Below, in pieces: positions 39,201-51,483 of a stretch of 64,000 bases of DNA. The DNA is from Atractiella rhizophila (lineage: Eukaryota). The notes beneath the pieces are model-generated. The model had not been told where the DNA came from and made no database searches. It saw only the letters and a program-made list of their open reading frames with translations. Every line of letters begins with the position of its first letter. Positions within the stretch are counted from its first letter, which is position 1. The translations under genes were made by a program, and so were the position numbers. The stretch covers positions 1 to 64,000 of the forward strand of contig MU271231.1 in assembly GCA_021432655.1 (NCBI GenBank), read 5' to 3'.

Positions 39201-39329
39201 CGACTCCTCCAGTTCCTCCTTTTACCGATTACGACACCAAAATTCCGGACGGTGCTCACCGATTCTTTAACCGTGATGTACCTGGCGTTGATACCATATC
39301 CATCTCGATCTTGTTGAAACCTTCTGGCT
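36240..39329 (+). pseudogene. gag: Copia B gag region with internal tandem duplication and a CCHC knuckle
   Basis: Follows LTR and PBS; WDAGNANAVAVL..ASEIVAKLRSLYG gag-like helices; CIYCLWMGHLSRAC; ends TFWL at the inversion breakpoint. Confidence 0.8.
36606..38214 (+). repeat. Tandem duplication of about 805 bp (36606-37410 / 37411-38214)
   Basis: Two near-identical copies with scattered substitutions. Confidence 0.95.
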
Positions 39330-41189
39330 TGGTGGGTAGAAAAGCCTCTAGTGTCCTAAAAAAATTCTGATGATTTTCAGAGAGATCATCTAAATGTTCT
39401 TGCTGAAGAAGGGGGAGTTCTGCGAGGAATGAGAATCGAAGGAGGGAAACAAGACAAATGATTGCAGGAATTGGTACTAGGCCATGAAGAGCATACAGAG
39501 AAATCCGTCGAAGATCTTCTGCATCGTTAGCTGTCCATTTGTTAAAGTCAATTCCAGTTTTGAATGCTCAGAGTCCTGTAAAATGAGGTGTTAATCGAAG
39601 TCTCTGATTGAGTTCAAGCATCCACTGTGACCACGGTATAGTTGCATAAGCAAGACTGTCCACTCTTTGAGATGCTTCAAAAAGACTCCTTTATAAAGTT
39701 GATGCATCAATTCAGATCGGGTTATTTGATGAATATCAGTTCTGGGAAGATTCGTTGTAAAAGGAAGAGGTCGAAGTCCATATTTCATTCAGAGTTGTGT
39801 TTTCATTATCCCACCATTTAATAAAGAAGCCGATGAAATTCCTCTCGTAAAGCACAATTAACGTCCTGGCTCCGTTCCTTTGTCTTGGCATAACATCAAT
39901 GGCAAAAACCATAAACAATGATGGCAAGCAGACATTGTTCTGGATAATCTGCAAATAGGCAGCAATAGCAGGAAAAGTTTTGCGAAACAATCCATCTGCT
40001 GACGGTATAAGTCTACCTTCTTGCCCCCATTGTTCTAAACTTTCAGCAATAAATCATAAGCAAGCATGAAAGTGCTCTTGCATCAAACTTCTAAATCGTT
40101 CCTTGTGTCGCTCATCATCAGAAAAATCTATTGATAAGTTAGTATATTACTGAAAAAATGTACAGAAGAAAGCTAACTTTTTGGGATAGGTGAAAATCCC
40201 AGTAAAGTAAACAACGCTTGTATTGAAGATATCGTGTCCTATGATGAATGTTCCCCAAAAGTTAGATAAATTGGCCATGCTGCATCATCTCCTTTTTGAA
40301 TGGCAAGAATGCTCAAGGAGGATAGGTATAACAGTTCCTTCTACTCCAATCAGATTCTAAACTGTACTTAGCTCAATTCTTGAAACTCAAGAAGGCATTA
40401 CCTGTTGATTTCTCCACCAGTGCCCTGATGACAATTCACCAAACATTTCATTCCCCATTTCGTCTTTCTCTTGATATGCTTGATAATCCATTTCTGTTTC
40501 TAACTCGTGAGCCAAAAAGTTTCTCAACAACCAAAGTAATATCTCGATAAAAAAAATCAAATTCTTGCCCATAGGAACTTGGTAATGTGGGATCGTTTCT
40601 GATATCCAGAGAGACTTTCTTCATCTTCCAAGGAATTGCATTGCCAGGATTGCAAAGTAAAATATCTTCAAGTTTTTGACGCTGTAGTGGATAGACATTA
40701 GCAAGTGCATCTTCAAGTTTCTTGCTGTGTGGCCCAGACATAGATATCCCTTCAGGATGAAGAACAACATCTGCCAGTTTGTAGTGTGTTTCATCTTCAA
40801 GGGGAACCAAGGGTTGCCCTGTAGTAACACATCCCGGCACTCTCTTTCTGGATCATCCTCAGGTTCATCTTGAAGTCTTGCTGTGGAACCATTAGAAAAA
40901 AAAATTGTACCTGTCAACACTTAAAATTAAATAATAAATGTAGTTATAGAATACAATACATACCACAAGGATCTGGGGAATTACGTTGTGGAAATCCACA
41001 AACAGGGTTTAAATCTTCACCAGGATTTATCACATAGCCAGGTGATGGAGGAGGCGATGACTGTGGAGTAGGATTTTCAGAGCAGACAATACGATGTTTT
41101 TGTGTATTATGACTAGAGGCTGCCTGTTGTGTCTTTAAACGCTTATGGCAACCATGATGCCAACATAGATATGGTAAATTTGTGTTCAT
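39330..41189 (-). pseudogene. Plavaka transposase, N-terminal part with C2H2 finger
   Basis: YLCWHHGCHKRL..SHNTQKH; FFYRDI; FGELSSGHWWRNQQ; PFTTNLPRTDIHQITRSELMHQLYKGVFLKHL. Confidence 0.8.
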
Positions 41190-41655
41190 GGTGAAAGTCT
41201 AATCCTATCCAAGCCAAAAGGATAGGAAACAATAGCACAAAGCCTCCAAAACTCACACATAGCATAGTATGATCACATACCTTAATGAGCCACCAATAGT
41301 ATCAAAACTCCAACAATGTTGTATAAACAAATCCAGTTGATCAGACAGATTTTGGATTATCAAAGCGTGAGCACATTTATATTCCAAAGAAACCATCAGA
41401 TTGACTCAAAATGTAATATTAATTTGTGCTTTTAATCCCCCCTAACTTGTACCTAAGCGTGAGATCTTGAGAAGCTGGGATTATCGATGGGGTGGGAGCT
41501 GATGGTGGTTAAGCTCACATCCCTTACCAGGAGCCTATAAAAGCCTATCCGATCTTTAAGTACCAATACGGCCTATACATTGGTAGGACCTTCCCAGGAA
41601 TTCTATATGAGAGTCATACATTTCCCCGAATCCCGTCACTGCCAGAACTTCAAAC

Positions 41656-43350
41656 ATGTCGACATCCGCTAGTGTCACAAAGTACCAACTTCACTTTACT
41701 TCCAAGCCTGTTCTACAACCTCCAGGGAAGAAGAAGAAGGTAACGGCGTTCGAGTATTCTGACACTGCACACACACTTGAACGACCATTGTCAATGTCTG
41801 GCTCAAGGCAGGCAACTCCTTTGGCTTCCACACCCGCTGGCCACCACTCTCGTGCAGCCTGTGGCGTTGCGAAGGGTGCTGGACTCGGAGCAAGGAACGG
41901 GAACAAGAGGTGGAGCTCTGACTGCGACACCGCAAGCGGTAAGTTCTTTTCTTTCTCTGCTTTTGGATGATAAGCTGATACACACAGTGCCAGATAGCTC
42001 GTGCTGTTTCTCCACATGAATTTGATGTATAAGTCCAACGCCTCCTCGACTCCACAGTAAGTTACCCATTAGTTTGCACATTTTTACTGATCTGATTTCA
42101 TAAAATGCTATAGCCCACACCATCTCACTACCCATTTTCTGCAAATGAAGAAGCAAATCAGATTGATTCTGATGTAAATCCAGACATCAAGCCCGTTGTT
42201 GGATCAAAGGGGACCGGTTCACACAATCGATTTGTTAGTGGTGGTATGTGTTGTACATCTTTTATGCCATTTCTGTATACTTTGCGCCTGACCATTGCAC
42301 TCTAATAGATTTCACTGAGGAACATGACAAAGCGGGAGATCTGGCGACTCGGCTCTTTATTCGACAATACATTCTCACATCAGATGACCCCTTCATCACG
42401 AGACAGAAGGGAGAAGAACTTATCAAGGCGGAGTTTCAGAAGCATAGCTTGAAGCCGCTCTCGAAAGCGGCACTAGCAATGGTAAGTTTGCTTCCAATTC
42501 ATCAGCACCACTGAAGTTACTCGGTCCATGCAGTTCGTTACCTTGTTCTCGAGCTACCACGGAGAGATCCAGACAGCAGCAAAAGCTGCCGTTCGCGAGA
42601 AATGGAAGCTGCCTGTCAACAACATCTCTTCTGCAACCAAAGCTGAGGTTGAACACTTGCTTGAACTCCTAGATTTTTGGTCAGTATGGTGGCCGTTTGC
42701 GGATGCGAAGTTTGAACACAGGCGCTTGTACAATCTTGAAGAAGCCACAGAGTCGGACATGGGTAGCAGCAGTGTACGTCTCTTCATTTCCTGACCTGAG
42801 CTGATGTCAGAGTCACTGGCAGAATCCGCAACATCAGTGGATGAGCGAACACTTGCTGGCATTTATTCATGACACATTCTTTCCAGCGGCTGCAACTGCA
42901 TGGTACAAAGCAGCCTGCTCCATTACCAACTTTCGTCAAGGTATTATTCCAGCAACGACACCCGCTTTGCTTGTTCGGCATTTTTTCCATCTGATGATTC
43001 TCAATCATGATGAAATGATTCTTTCGTTATAGATATGACACGCCTTCACCTTTTACCACCATCATTGTGAGGCAGTGGTGACTGGACAACAGCCCAGCAT
43101 AACTTTGATCGTGCGAATGCACAGACTCAAAGATTTCAAGATTATTGCAGGACTGGAAAGTGAAGGTGGCAACAAGAAACTCTTAATCGAGTTAACCAGG
43201 AAAGCAGGTATGTAATTGCTTTCTGATTACTTCCAACTGACTTTCTCCAAAGGTGGATTTCCTCTTCCCTCAACATCCGGTAGTACCAACTCTTCTGCTG
43301 TTGTCATCATTCAATCGGCTCCATCACATCCGCCTCCCCGATATAAGTGG
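41656..43350 (+). CDS. Multi-exon DUF6532-like gene divergent from the Plavaka transposase, probably decayed
   Basis: Spliceable exons giving SSYHGEIQTAAKAAVREKWKL..EVEHLL, LLAFIHDTFF, IPATTPALL. Family match by eye only; one in-frame stop near 43016. Confidence 0.45.
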
Positions 43351-43869
43351 AAATTTCAGGTTGCGGTTTGATATTGTTAGTGAAATGCTTGTTTGGAATA
43401 CTCTTCGCCTGATTTAAGATCTTTTTAATACCGTTGTCTATTGTGATTCTCAGTCTGTACTGCAATATATATCCTTTAATAGTTTTGTAAACCTGTGTCC
43501 TATTAAAAGTAAGCTGAATCTAAAAGGCATTAAAGGTCACATAGGGTCCTATACCACTTCCTTTATGGTGCATCTACGGCCTATTATGGACCTATTGAAG
43601 TCCAATCAAACATCCACTGAAAGGGTATTTGCCAATGATAACCTATTCAGAGTAGCGGTGCAAAGGTGTATTGGATGTTTCTCCCAAAGGCACCAAAGGT
43701 GACCAATGAAGCCTGTCATAGGGCGGTACCTTCCCAGGAGCCAATATGCCTGTCATGCCTGTGATAGGTTCATATTGGTTGAAAGGTACGGTTCCAGATC
43801 TTGCTGTAGTACACTCAATGGACCGCGGAGCGTGCCTGGTGCGACATCGGGTTGCAAAGATGAGCTGGT

Positions 43870-44225
43870 GGTTACGAAGGTGGACGATGTAAGGACGCCA
43901 GCAGCCCCTTCGCACCCCCCCTTCCCACTGTGTTTCTAGCTCTCCACCATGTCCTCATGCTTCGTTTTGCCTTCCACCAACCGCTTTTGCCTTCTTTAGC
44001 ATCCACGGCACGGGAATTCGTCGGTGGAGTGTGTGAAGGAGGTCGGATGGCGACAGAGATGAGTGAGCTTGCCATTGCTAGATTTGCGATGTGGCCAGCC
44101 CACCGATAGAAGTTGCATTTGATGTACATTGTATCAGCCTTATGCCCATGCTGACCATTACTATGGGCTGCGGCGTTGGGGACCTGCTTGTAGAAGAGCC
44201 AGACGGGGTTCCCTTTCCTTGACAT
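43870..44225 (-). pseudogene. BED-finger-like remnant (hAT N-terminus)
   Basis: MSRKGNPVWLFY...IKCNF; degenerate. Confidence 0.35.
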
Positions 44226-44521
44226 TGGCTAAATACTGCCAAATTAGTTGTGAAGTGTGTGGCAGCACACATCCAGCTTTTTGACGATTCGTGCCCTCTC
44301 AGGGACAAGCGCTGCGAAGAACCTTGTGTGCTCCGCCCGTTCAATTTGGCAAGCGAACCCGTCTTAATAGTTCAATCCAATTCTGAGACTCCTGTATTGT
44401 TCAAAAAGTCGTTATATTCGATTCTATACATTGCACGATTCAACAGCTTTGAACTATGGATGGTTGGTGAGGGGTACGACGAATGACTATACAAGCACAG
44501 AACGCATAGATTTAGACAAGA

Positions 44522-44804
44522 CAAGTGTGTCAACGGCCTTCGTCCCTCAGGCCCCTCACCCCACTTGCAAGGGGCATGGCCCCTTGAACCCTACTCTGAC
44601 CGTTGTAAGGGTTCGAGTCCAGTACAAAACACATTTTTCAACCCTTTCAGAATAAAATTTCCTTCCAGGTTCAGAAAGGGGCAAGCATATGGGATATGAT
44701 GGTATAATAAATTTCATTCTATTGTGTATGGTGAGGGAGGTGTGAGGGCTCAAAAGTGCGTCTTATGACTCATGCCAAGAACTGATGAATCTTAGAGTAT
44801 AGGA
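44522..44804 (-). mobile_element. Complete non-autonomous Helitron, family A (283 bp)
   Basis: Minus strand reads A|TCCTATACTC...GGCCTGAGGGACGAAGGCC hairpin...CTTG|T; its 5' 200 bp match 55898-56096. Confidence 0.9.
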
Positions 44805-46154
44805 TACTCAGAGCGAGAATGAAGACGTGTTGGTAGACCGAATTCTATGAGGAGATTGTATTCTCGATGGGAGTAATGACAGGCATTTCCCTTTTCTGTA
44901 GAATGTTTGACCATCCTACCACCTCATCTATCCTTGCCTTAGGCGCTGGATATGGAAGATGATGAGTGGGCTGCATCAGTTTGCAGGAGGTAGGTACTCG
45001 CCTTTCTTCATTGTCTTCGACTTTGAGATCCTTTTTCAGTTCTTGTGCGATGAACATGTACTCCCATCTTTCCGTCACTTCATCCTCCGCCTCCTTGTCC
45101 CTTTCCCATTCCACCGACCTCCGCTCACCATCTTGAATCAGGAAGAACTTCCCGCTCCTGTAGCTCCATCAAAATTGCTTTTCAATTTGGAGGACCAGCG
45201 GCACATACAACGGTGGCTTCTACTTCCCCATTCCATACCGCAAATGTTGCAGTTGTTCCAGTTGGCTGGAAGGGTTCCTGGCGAGAGGGGGAACAGATTT
45301 TGGGGAGATGCTGCTATGCCCCTGTCAACGAATCGTTTGAACACGGCATTGTATGCTGCTCGCTCATTCGAAAAGTAGGTTCTCCATGCTCCGTGTTCAA
45401 TTCTGGTTGGAATTAAGGGCGAGGATAGTCATGGTTCGATGATTGTTTGGTACGTTGTGAGGGGGACGTTGTTAAAATGATGGGTTCGGACGGTTCTACG
45501 TAAAGGGTTGCTGGAAGTGTTGCTGTGTCGTTGAAGGCTTGAATGACATCTTACTGCTTTCCCATATCACGAACATCTCGTCCTTCTCCCTTGCCCTCTC
45601 GTCCTTCTCTTTCAATCGTTCCTAAAACCTTCTTGTCAACATTAGCCAGCTGACTCACCATCGTGAGCATTTCGAAAGAAGATTATTGAGGCTGGTACCT
45701 ACCCACTACATCTTTCTTGTGGATCGGAATCTTTGCCTGGAAGAAATTTCAAGCCAGCCTAAACTGCTGGACATCTTTTCGAAGCACAAGTTTGGATCGG
45801 TTAAGCATAAAAAGCAGTATGTTTTCTGTAGGACAAATTTGGGACCTCCTCCAAAAACTCACAAAACCTCCCAAACTCCCAAAATGAAGTTGACAGGGGA
45901 TGGGTCTGCTCGTCATCTCGTGTCAGATATCTGCAAGATATCTGGTGGCAAAACCTGGATTTAAGCTTTTTTAAGGTTTCAACCTGGCTTTTCCCCAAAA
46001 AATGGGCCATGGCTCAAATTGGGATGTGAATGAGCTATGAAGGGTATTCTGTGAGTCACCTACGCATTTTCCATCTGCAACACATGGCTGCAACTTATCC
46101 AACCGAACATCGAACATCGTGGGACAACCAACGCTGCAATAAGGCTTGGTAACG

Positions 46155-48346
46155 ATGTTTCACAGTGTCCCAGCTACTCCGCCACCTACTCACCTAGACC
46201 CCAATGTCTCCGTTTCCGCATCGACACTCCACACCCCGGCGTCTGGTTCGCGAACTTCTGGTGTTCGAGGTGCCCCAGTCACTCCACAAACGGACAACAA
46301 GGATGCGTTCCCGATTGCTTGCGATGACATGGCAGGGAAATATGTCACGCTAGCCGTGGAGCAATTCATCGAGAGGCTACCGCAAGCGCCGAAAGCGTTA
46401 CCCCAGTTACAAATGCCGCCACCGGAAATGTCAGGGTCTGAAAAAGAGCATTACGGCCAATTTGTGAGTGCATTATTCTTGTGAGGAAGCATTTCTTTGA
46501 TAACATCGTCAAAATTTTGCTTAGACAACATATATGGCTCCTTTCATTAACCCGCGATGGAAATTTCATATTACGAGCGCGGAGGTTGACAGGGACTTCG
46601 ACGAAGTTGGCGGGGTCCAAGGGGTCAAGCCAGATGTGATCCTCTATGATGATCTAGGCGAGAACCGTACTGTTATGAAGAAGGCCGTGATGGTCAGCGA
46701 GTTCAAAACTGCCGATTTGCCGTTTCTCGATAAGGACGGGAAGGTGGTAGAGAACCATTCGGACAAAGGGAAGTTGACGCGGGGTCAACTCATCCTCTAT
46801 AGCACCATTGTTCTCTCCGCCCAACAACGAACCCGATCGTATTCCTTCTTCATCCGAAAACATACAGCTCGCATCATTTGTCACTCGCGCGCAGGTATGG
46901 AAGTGAGCCCGTTGTTCAACTACGTGGAAACCAGCCAACTCCGAGAGTTCTTTTGGCGTTATACGCACGCTTCCGCCGAGGATCAAGGCTTCGACACGAC
47001 GATGATCTCGGACTTTCAGCCGGAAGACGAGAAGCTTGTCGAAGAAGCGAGGGTGAAGCTGAAGATCACCAAAGACAAGCCACTCTTCAAAGTCTTTGTG
47101 CAAGGGACAACATTCTACATTTCTGAGCCTTTCATCTTTCGCCACAACAACCCTACTGGACGAGGAACGCGATGCTTCGAGGCATATTACCCTGCTAAGC
47201 AACGCCTCGTCCTCCTCAAAGATACTTGGCGGCATGTGGAGTACGTTCCAGAAGGGGAAATCTACGAAAAGCTGCACGCGGCGGGGCTCCCAAATATCCT
47301 CCCAGTTGTCGCGCACGGTGACGTCGATGGAAAGTATCAAAGTGCAGAAGTACTGACTGAAGGCGGCTTAAGGAAATTCGTACACTATCGCCTCGTTCTG
47401 GGGAAAGTTGGACGCCCGATTGGCGAGTTTCGATCCAGCTATGAGCTTGTGAAAGGATGTGCTGATGCGTTTGAGGGTAAGTCACTCCGCCGTCTTCGTC
47501 CACGATGGAACTGAACCATCACCACTGGCTGGTAGCTCATTTTTGCGCCTGGAAGGAGCTGAAAATGCTGCACCGAGATGTTTCTTCAGGGAACATTATT
47601 CTTGGTCCTATCGACGAAGAGCCGCAGGGATATTTGATCGATTGGGAATTCGCGAAGGAGCAAAGCGCGGGAATGAAGTCCCGTGAGCGAACGGTTTGTA
47701 ATTTTTTTTGATGATCAAGCCAGCACTGACTGTGGATCAGGGGACCTACGAGTTCATGTCTGTGCGACTCTTACAAGGACTTTCGTCCGACGAGAAGATC
47801 CAACACGAGCCCAGCGACGACATCGAATCATTCATTTACGTTCTCGCTTGGACAGCTATCCAACATGCTGTTAGCGGAATGGACGTGGCGACCCGCCAGA
47901 GCTATCTCAATGACTTCATGAGACAACCTTGGAACGACGTGCGAGACACAATCAAGCGACGAAATGCGGTCATAACGGGCGGAGCAGCAGCACTCCGCTT
48001 AAGTACCGCCAAACTTTCAGAATTGCTCAAGGCTCTCTTCCTCAATCTTTCTTATCGTTTACGTTCACGCGAAGAGCTGATAGCGGAACTTTTCGATGCT
48101 TCTGGGGACCTACAGCAGGCTCAAAAGATGGCTGACGTGTGGATTGGTCGAACGGCTAGTCATCATTTTATATCTGAAAAGTTGAAAAAGGTTGTTAGTG
48201 ATGAGGAGTGGCGAAAATTGCCCCAGGATGCCGCTCAGCCCTTACGACTGAGTTCCAAGAGGAAGCTTGAAGGAGGAGCAGTGAGCTCAGGGACCAAGAA
48301 GCAGAGGAGTTCTCAGTCAGGTTCTCAGTCTCTAAATGTTCAATAA
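46155..48346 (+). CDS. Fungal-specific protein kinase (FunK1 / Pkinase_fungal), 4 exons
   Basis: RGQLILY, GRGTRCF, LLKDTWR, LHRDVSSGNI, LIDWEFA, GTYEFMS, DDIESF. Introns 46464-46524, 47477-47535 and 47694-47740 restore one open frame. Confidence 0.9.
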
Positions 48347-48666
48347 CTTTCATGAATATCAGCCTTTTCGTGCTTGCTGAACAATTATTTTACTATGTTT
48401 ATCTGTAAGGGAATGCCATTAACTTATGTAACGTATCAAGAGAGTGTAAGACGAATTATACTCAACCAGGCCGAGCGCTTGCTGCGCATGTCCTCCAATG
48501 AGCAGAGTTCTCCATATTCAGACGTTTCTCCTTACCGTTGATCGAAGTATGCACAAAATGGTGCTGATGTTGGTAACCCACAATTCGAAGTAGCTTCCCA
48601 GTCCCGCAAGCGTCTGAAGGCCAGTGAAGGCAGCTCAAGGTTTCCACTAATTCTTTTGTTCTCGAC

Positions 48667-49957
48667 TTGCTTGAAAGTCGCATGCTTTATGCAAATGATA
48701 GGGTCTCGCGGTTCCATAGCGAGCATGAGCTGGATTTCCTGATTCGGAACGCAGTGGCTGACCCGGTGGTAACGGTAACTCAGTTTGCAAGCTTGTTGAT
48801 TCTGTCGTTAATGTTCTTTGGTGTCGAGCGCGGACCCGCGACCCGCTGAGGCTCGGCACTGGACACCTGATGAATCTCTTGCATGGTGCTACGTGGGCAG
48901 TGGAGGACAATTGAACGTTGCGTAGATTCGCACCCACCACGCATTCGTGCCGGTACAGAGAGGTGTTATTGGTTGGTATTTAAGCTCGCGGACTGGGAGA
49001 TTAATGTGAGTGGCGAAGGCGGCAAATTGAAGCATGAGTGGCTCACATATTTCGCACCAGCCATGGTCTCCATCGACTGAATTCGGTACACGTTCCAGGA
49101 GACGTCAGGTTCAGGGAGCTGTTTAGCAAGGCAACAGGGAACGGACTATTTTGGCTTGCTACATCTACGCCAGTCAACAGCTGTGTGGTATCAATGGTCT
49201 GTCGACATTCTTCCGTATGCGCTGTTCACTGATAGGATTCCATTCCAGTCGTACTGTACTACGCCCCACGTCTACCTCATCCCTCCTCGCTTCCGGTGTG
49301 ACAGGAATCGTCCTCCTTCTCGTGGTCGTCTTCGTCGCGCCGTTTATGGACCGTTTGGGTCGTTGAAAGCTCACCATCTACGGTGGTATCACCCTCGCCT
49401 TTTCTGATCATGCAGGGCATCCTCTACGCTTCGGAGGCAACGAATACGGCTGGTGCTCGTTGGGCAGTCATTGCCACGATTGAGTTGTTTATTATTGCCT
49501 TCTCCTCGTCATGGGTGTGTGTCTGAGGATGCATATCTCTGAGATTCAGAGTGGGAGGACGCGGGCAGCGGCCACAAGTTTAGCCACGTTCAGTTCCTCC
49601 TTTTCGTCTCCATTCATACCTCCTCAACTGATGGAAGGAATGCAGGCGACCAATCAAGGAGTCAACTTCTTGATTGCTTTGACGACTCCGCTCTTCCTTG
49701 CGGCTTCCTCCTCTGGTCCATACCTCCTTTTCGGCAGTAAGTTCACAGCCCCCTCTACTCACAGACTGGGAGAGCTGATGCCGTGCCGGTAGGTACGACG
49801 ATACTGGTCGTCGTTGTCTGCCTGCTTTAGATGCCCGAAAGTCGCGGCGTTTCGCTCGAGAAGATCGACAGGGATTTTCAGGATGACGTTAATCTCAAAC
49901 GCTGGAAAGCGCGTCTGCACAGTCTCTCTTGTCTTCGGAGTAGCAACAAGGATTAAA
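48667..49957 (+). pseudogene. MFS sugar-porter pseudogene
   Basis: SQQLCGING, FMDRLGR*K, SEIQSGRTRAAATSL, NFLIALTTPLF, MPESRGVSLEKID; stops and frameshifts. Confidence 0.8.
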
Positions 49958-50133
49958 TAGTGTTCAAAGTCTCCGGCTATCTTTATAGATCTTTAAACTG
50001 ACTGTAACTTCGACTCTTGTTCATATAATGCATTATATTGTCAGCAATGTCATTTCCATTGTTGGGCAACAGCAGCTTTTTGTAAATAATGGCATTAGCA
50101 TTAACTAGCAAAAACAACACTTTTTGGCATTAA

Positions 50134-50610
50134 GAGCGCGTTTGGATACCATAATCAGCATAATCACCCAAATCATGGTTATGCTGATTTCGAATCAATA
50201 GGGAAGTCAAAGTTGCCAAAATTCCATCTTGTGAAACGGCGTAACTTCGCTTAATGGAGTTGATGATGACAAACTTAAACGTCCACGCAGGCTTATATGC
50301 GGCCCAAAAGACAAGCAGATCAGGGAGCTGCATAACACACTCGTGAAAAGCTTATAAGCCTGCTTGTAAGCGACAAAGGTGTGCCATGGCGTCCGATGTC
50401 CGTCAAAGCCCTCGCTACGGCTAGTGGGGGGACCATCCGGGAATGCCATAGCCAGCTCCTCCTTTGCTCACCCTTCTGAAGCTTTTGGAAGGTGATCGGA
50501 TCGCCTTCTGAAGCTTTTGGAAGGTGATCGGATCAATGCGAACAACTTTGTAAAACTTTTCTGGCTTCTCAATATATAGTAAGAGCCAAATGCTTGGTGA
50601 CATAAAAACG
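50134..50610 (-). mobile_element. Possible PIF/Harbinger remnant
   Basis: TAA|GAGCGCGTTTGGAT TIR-like end; PEKFYKVVRIDPITFQKL peptide; 31-bp tandem duplication at 50473-50534. No second TIR found. Confidence 0.4.
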
Positions 50611-51483
50611 CCATTTCATGGTAAACACATTTTTGGCACCTCAGGTGCCTGTGAGGTTGAGGATATTGAGATCTTCGGTAACAGGGTCTAAATCCAATCA
50701 CCTGAGTTGGAGATGATGCACTGAACAGTTGGCCGGAGCCCACTGCTGTGAGCCAAGCCTGCCTCTGATCTGCTTGTGCGCTGACAATAAAGCAGCTTGA
50801 AAACCAGGGTTTTGACCGGGTTTTCAAAGCTCAGCAAGCTGTTTAGTTTTTATTCAAGATTAGGGGGTGTCAAAGTTGTCATAAATCCCACTTGTCAAGC
50901 GGCATGCATTCGCTTAATTGAGGTTGATGATGATAAACTTAAGTGCCCACGCAAGCCATATGCGACTCAGAAGCCACACGACTCAGGGAGCCGCGTAACA
51001 CACGCGAAAGGCGTCTATAAGCAAAAATGTCCCGGTGCGGTCACGAACGGTGCAGATCACTGGATATCCAGGAAAGCTGCAGCCAACTGCAGCTCCTTGC
51101 AGGAGGATGAACGGTATCTTCGCTCACCAAGTTAGTCGCAAGAAGAATGGTCAGCGCTCCCCTTTTCTCCCAGCTCTTCCAGCTCTATTAGCATCAACAT
51201 GTCACCAAAGCAGCAGCCGGAAAGTGTAGTCGACCAGCCAAAAGGAGAGCACTCCCATCTTCTCCAGCTGTCAATACAGTACAGGCTGTTGAGTTCATGC
51301 CGATGGAGTAAGTTCTTTCCTCCGTTGCTCTCTTGGTACTTAGGAAGTGGTTTGGTGGTTTTGTAGGTGGACTCACGGCCTCATCACGACGATGCTCGAC
51401 TTTGCGAAAGACGATGATTATACTCGTCAAGGTCTCTACCCCGAAAATGGTGCCCGTTCCACATACATCAAGAGGGTGGAGCA

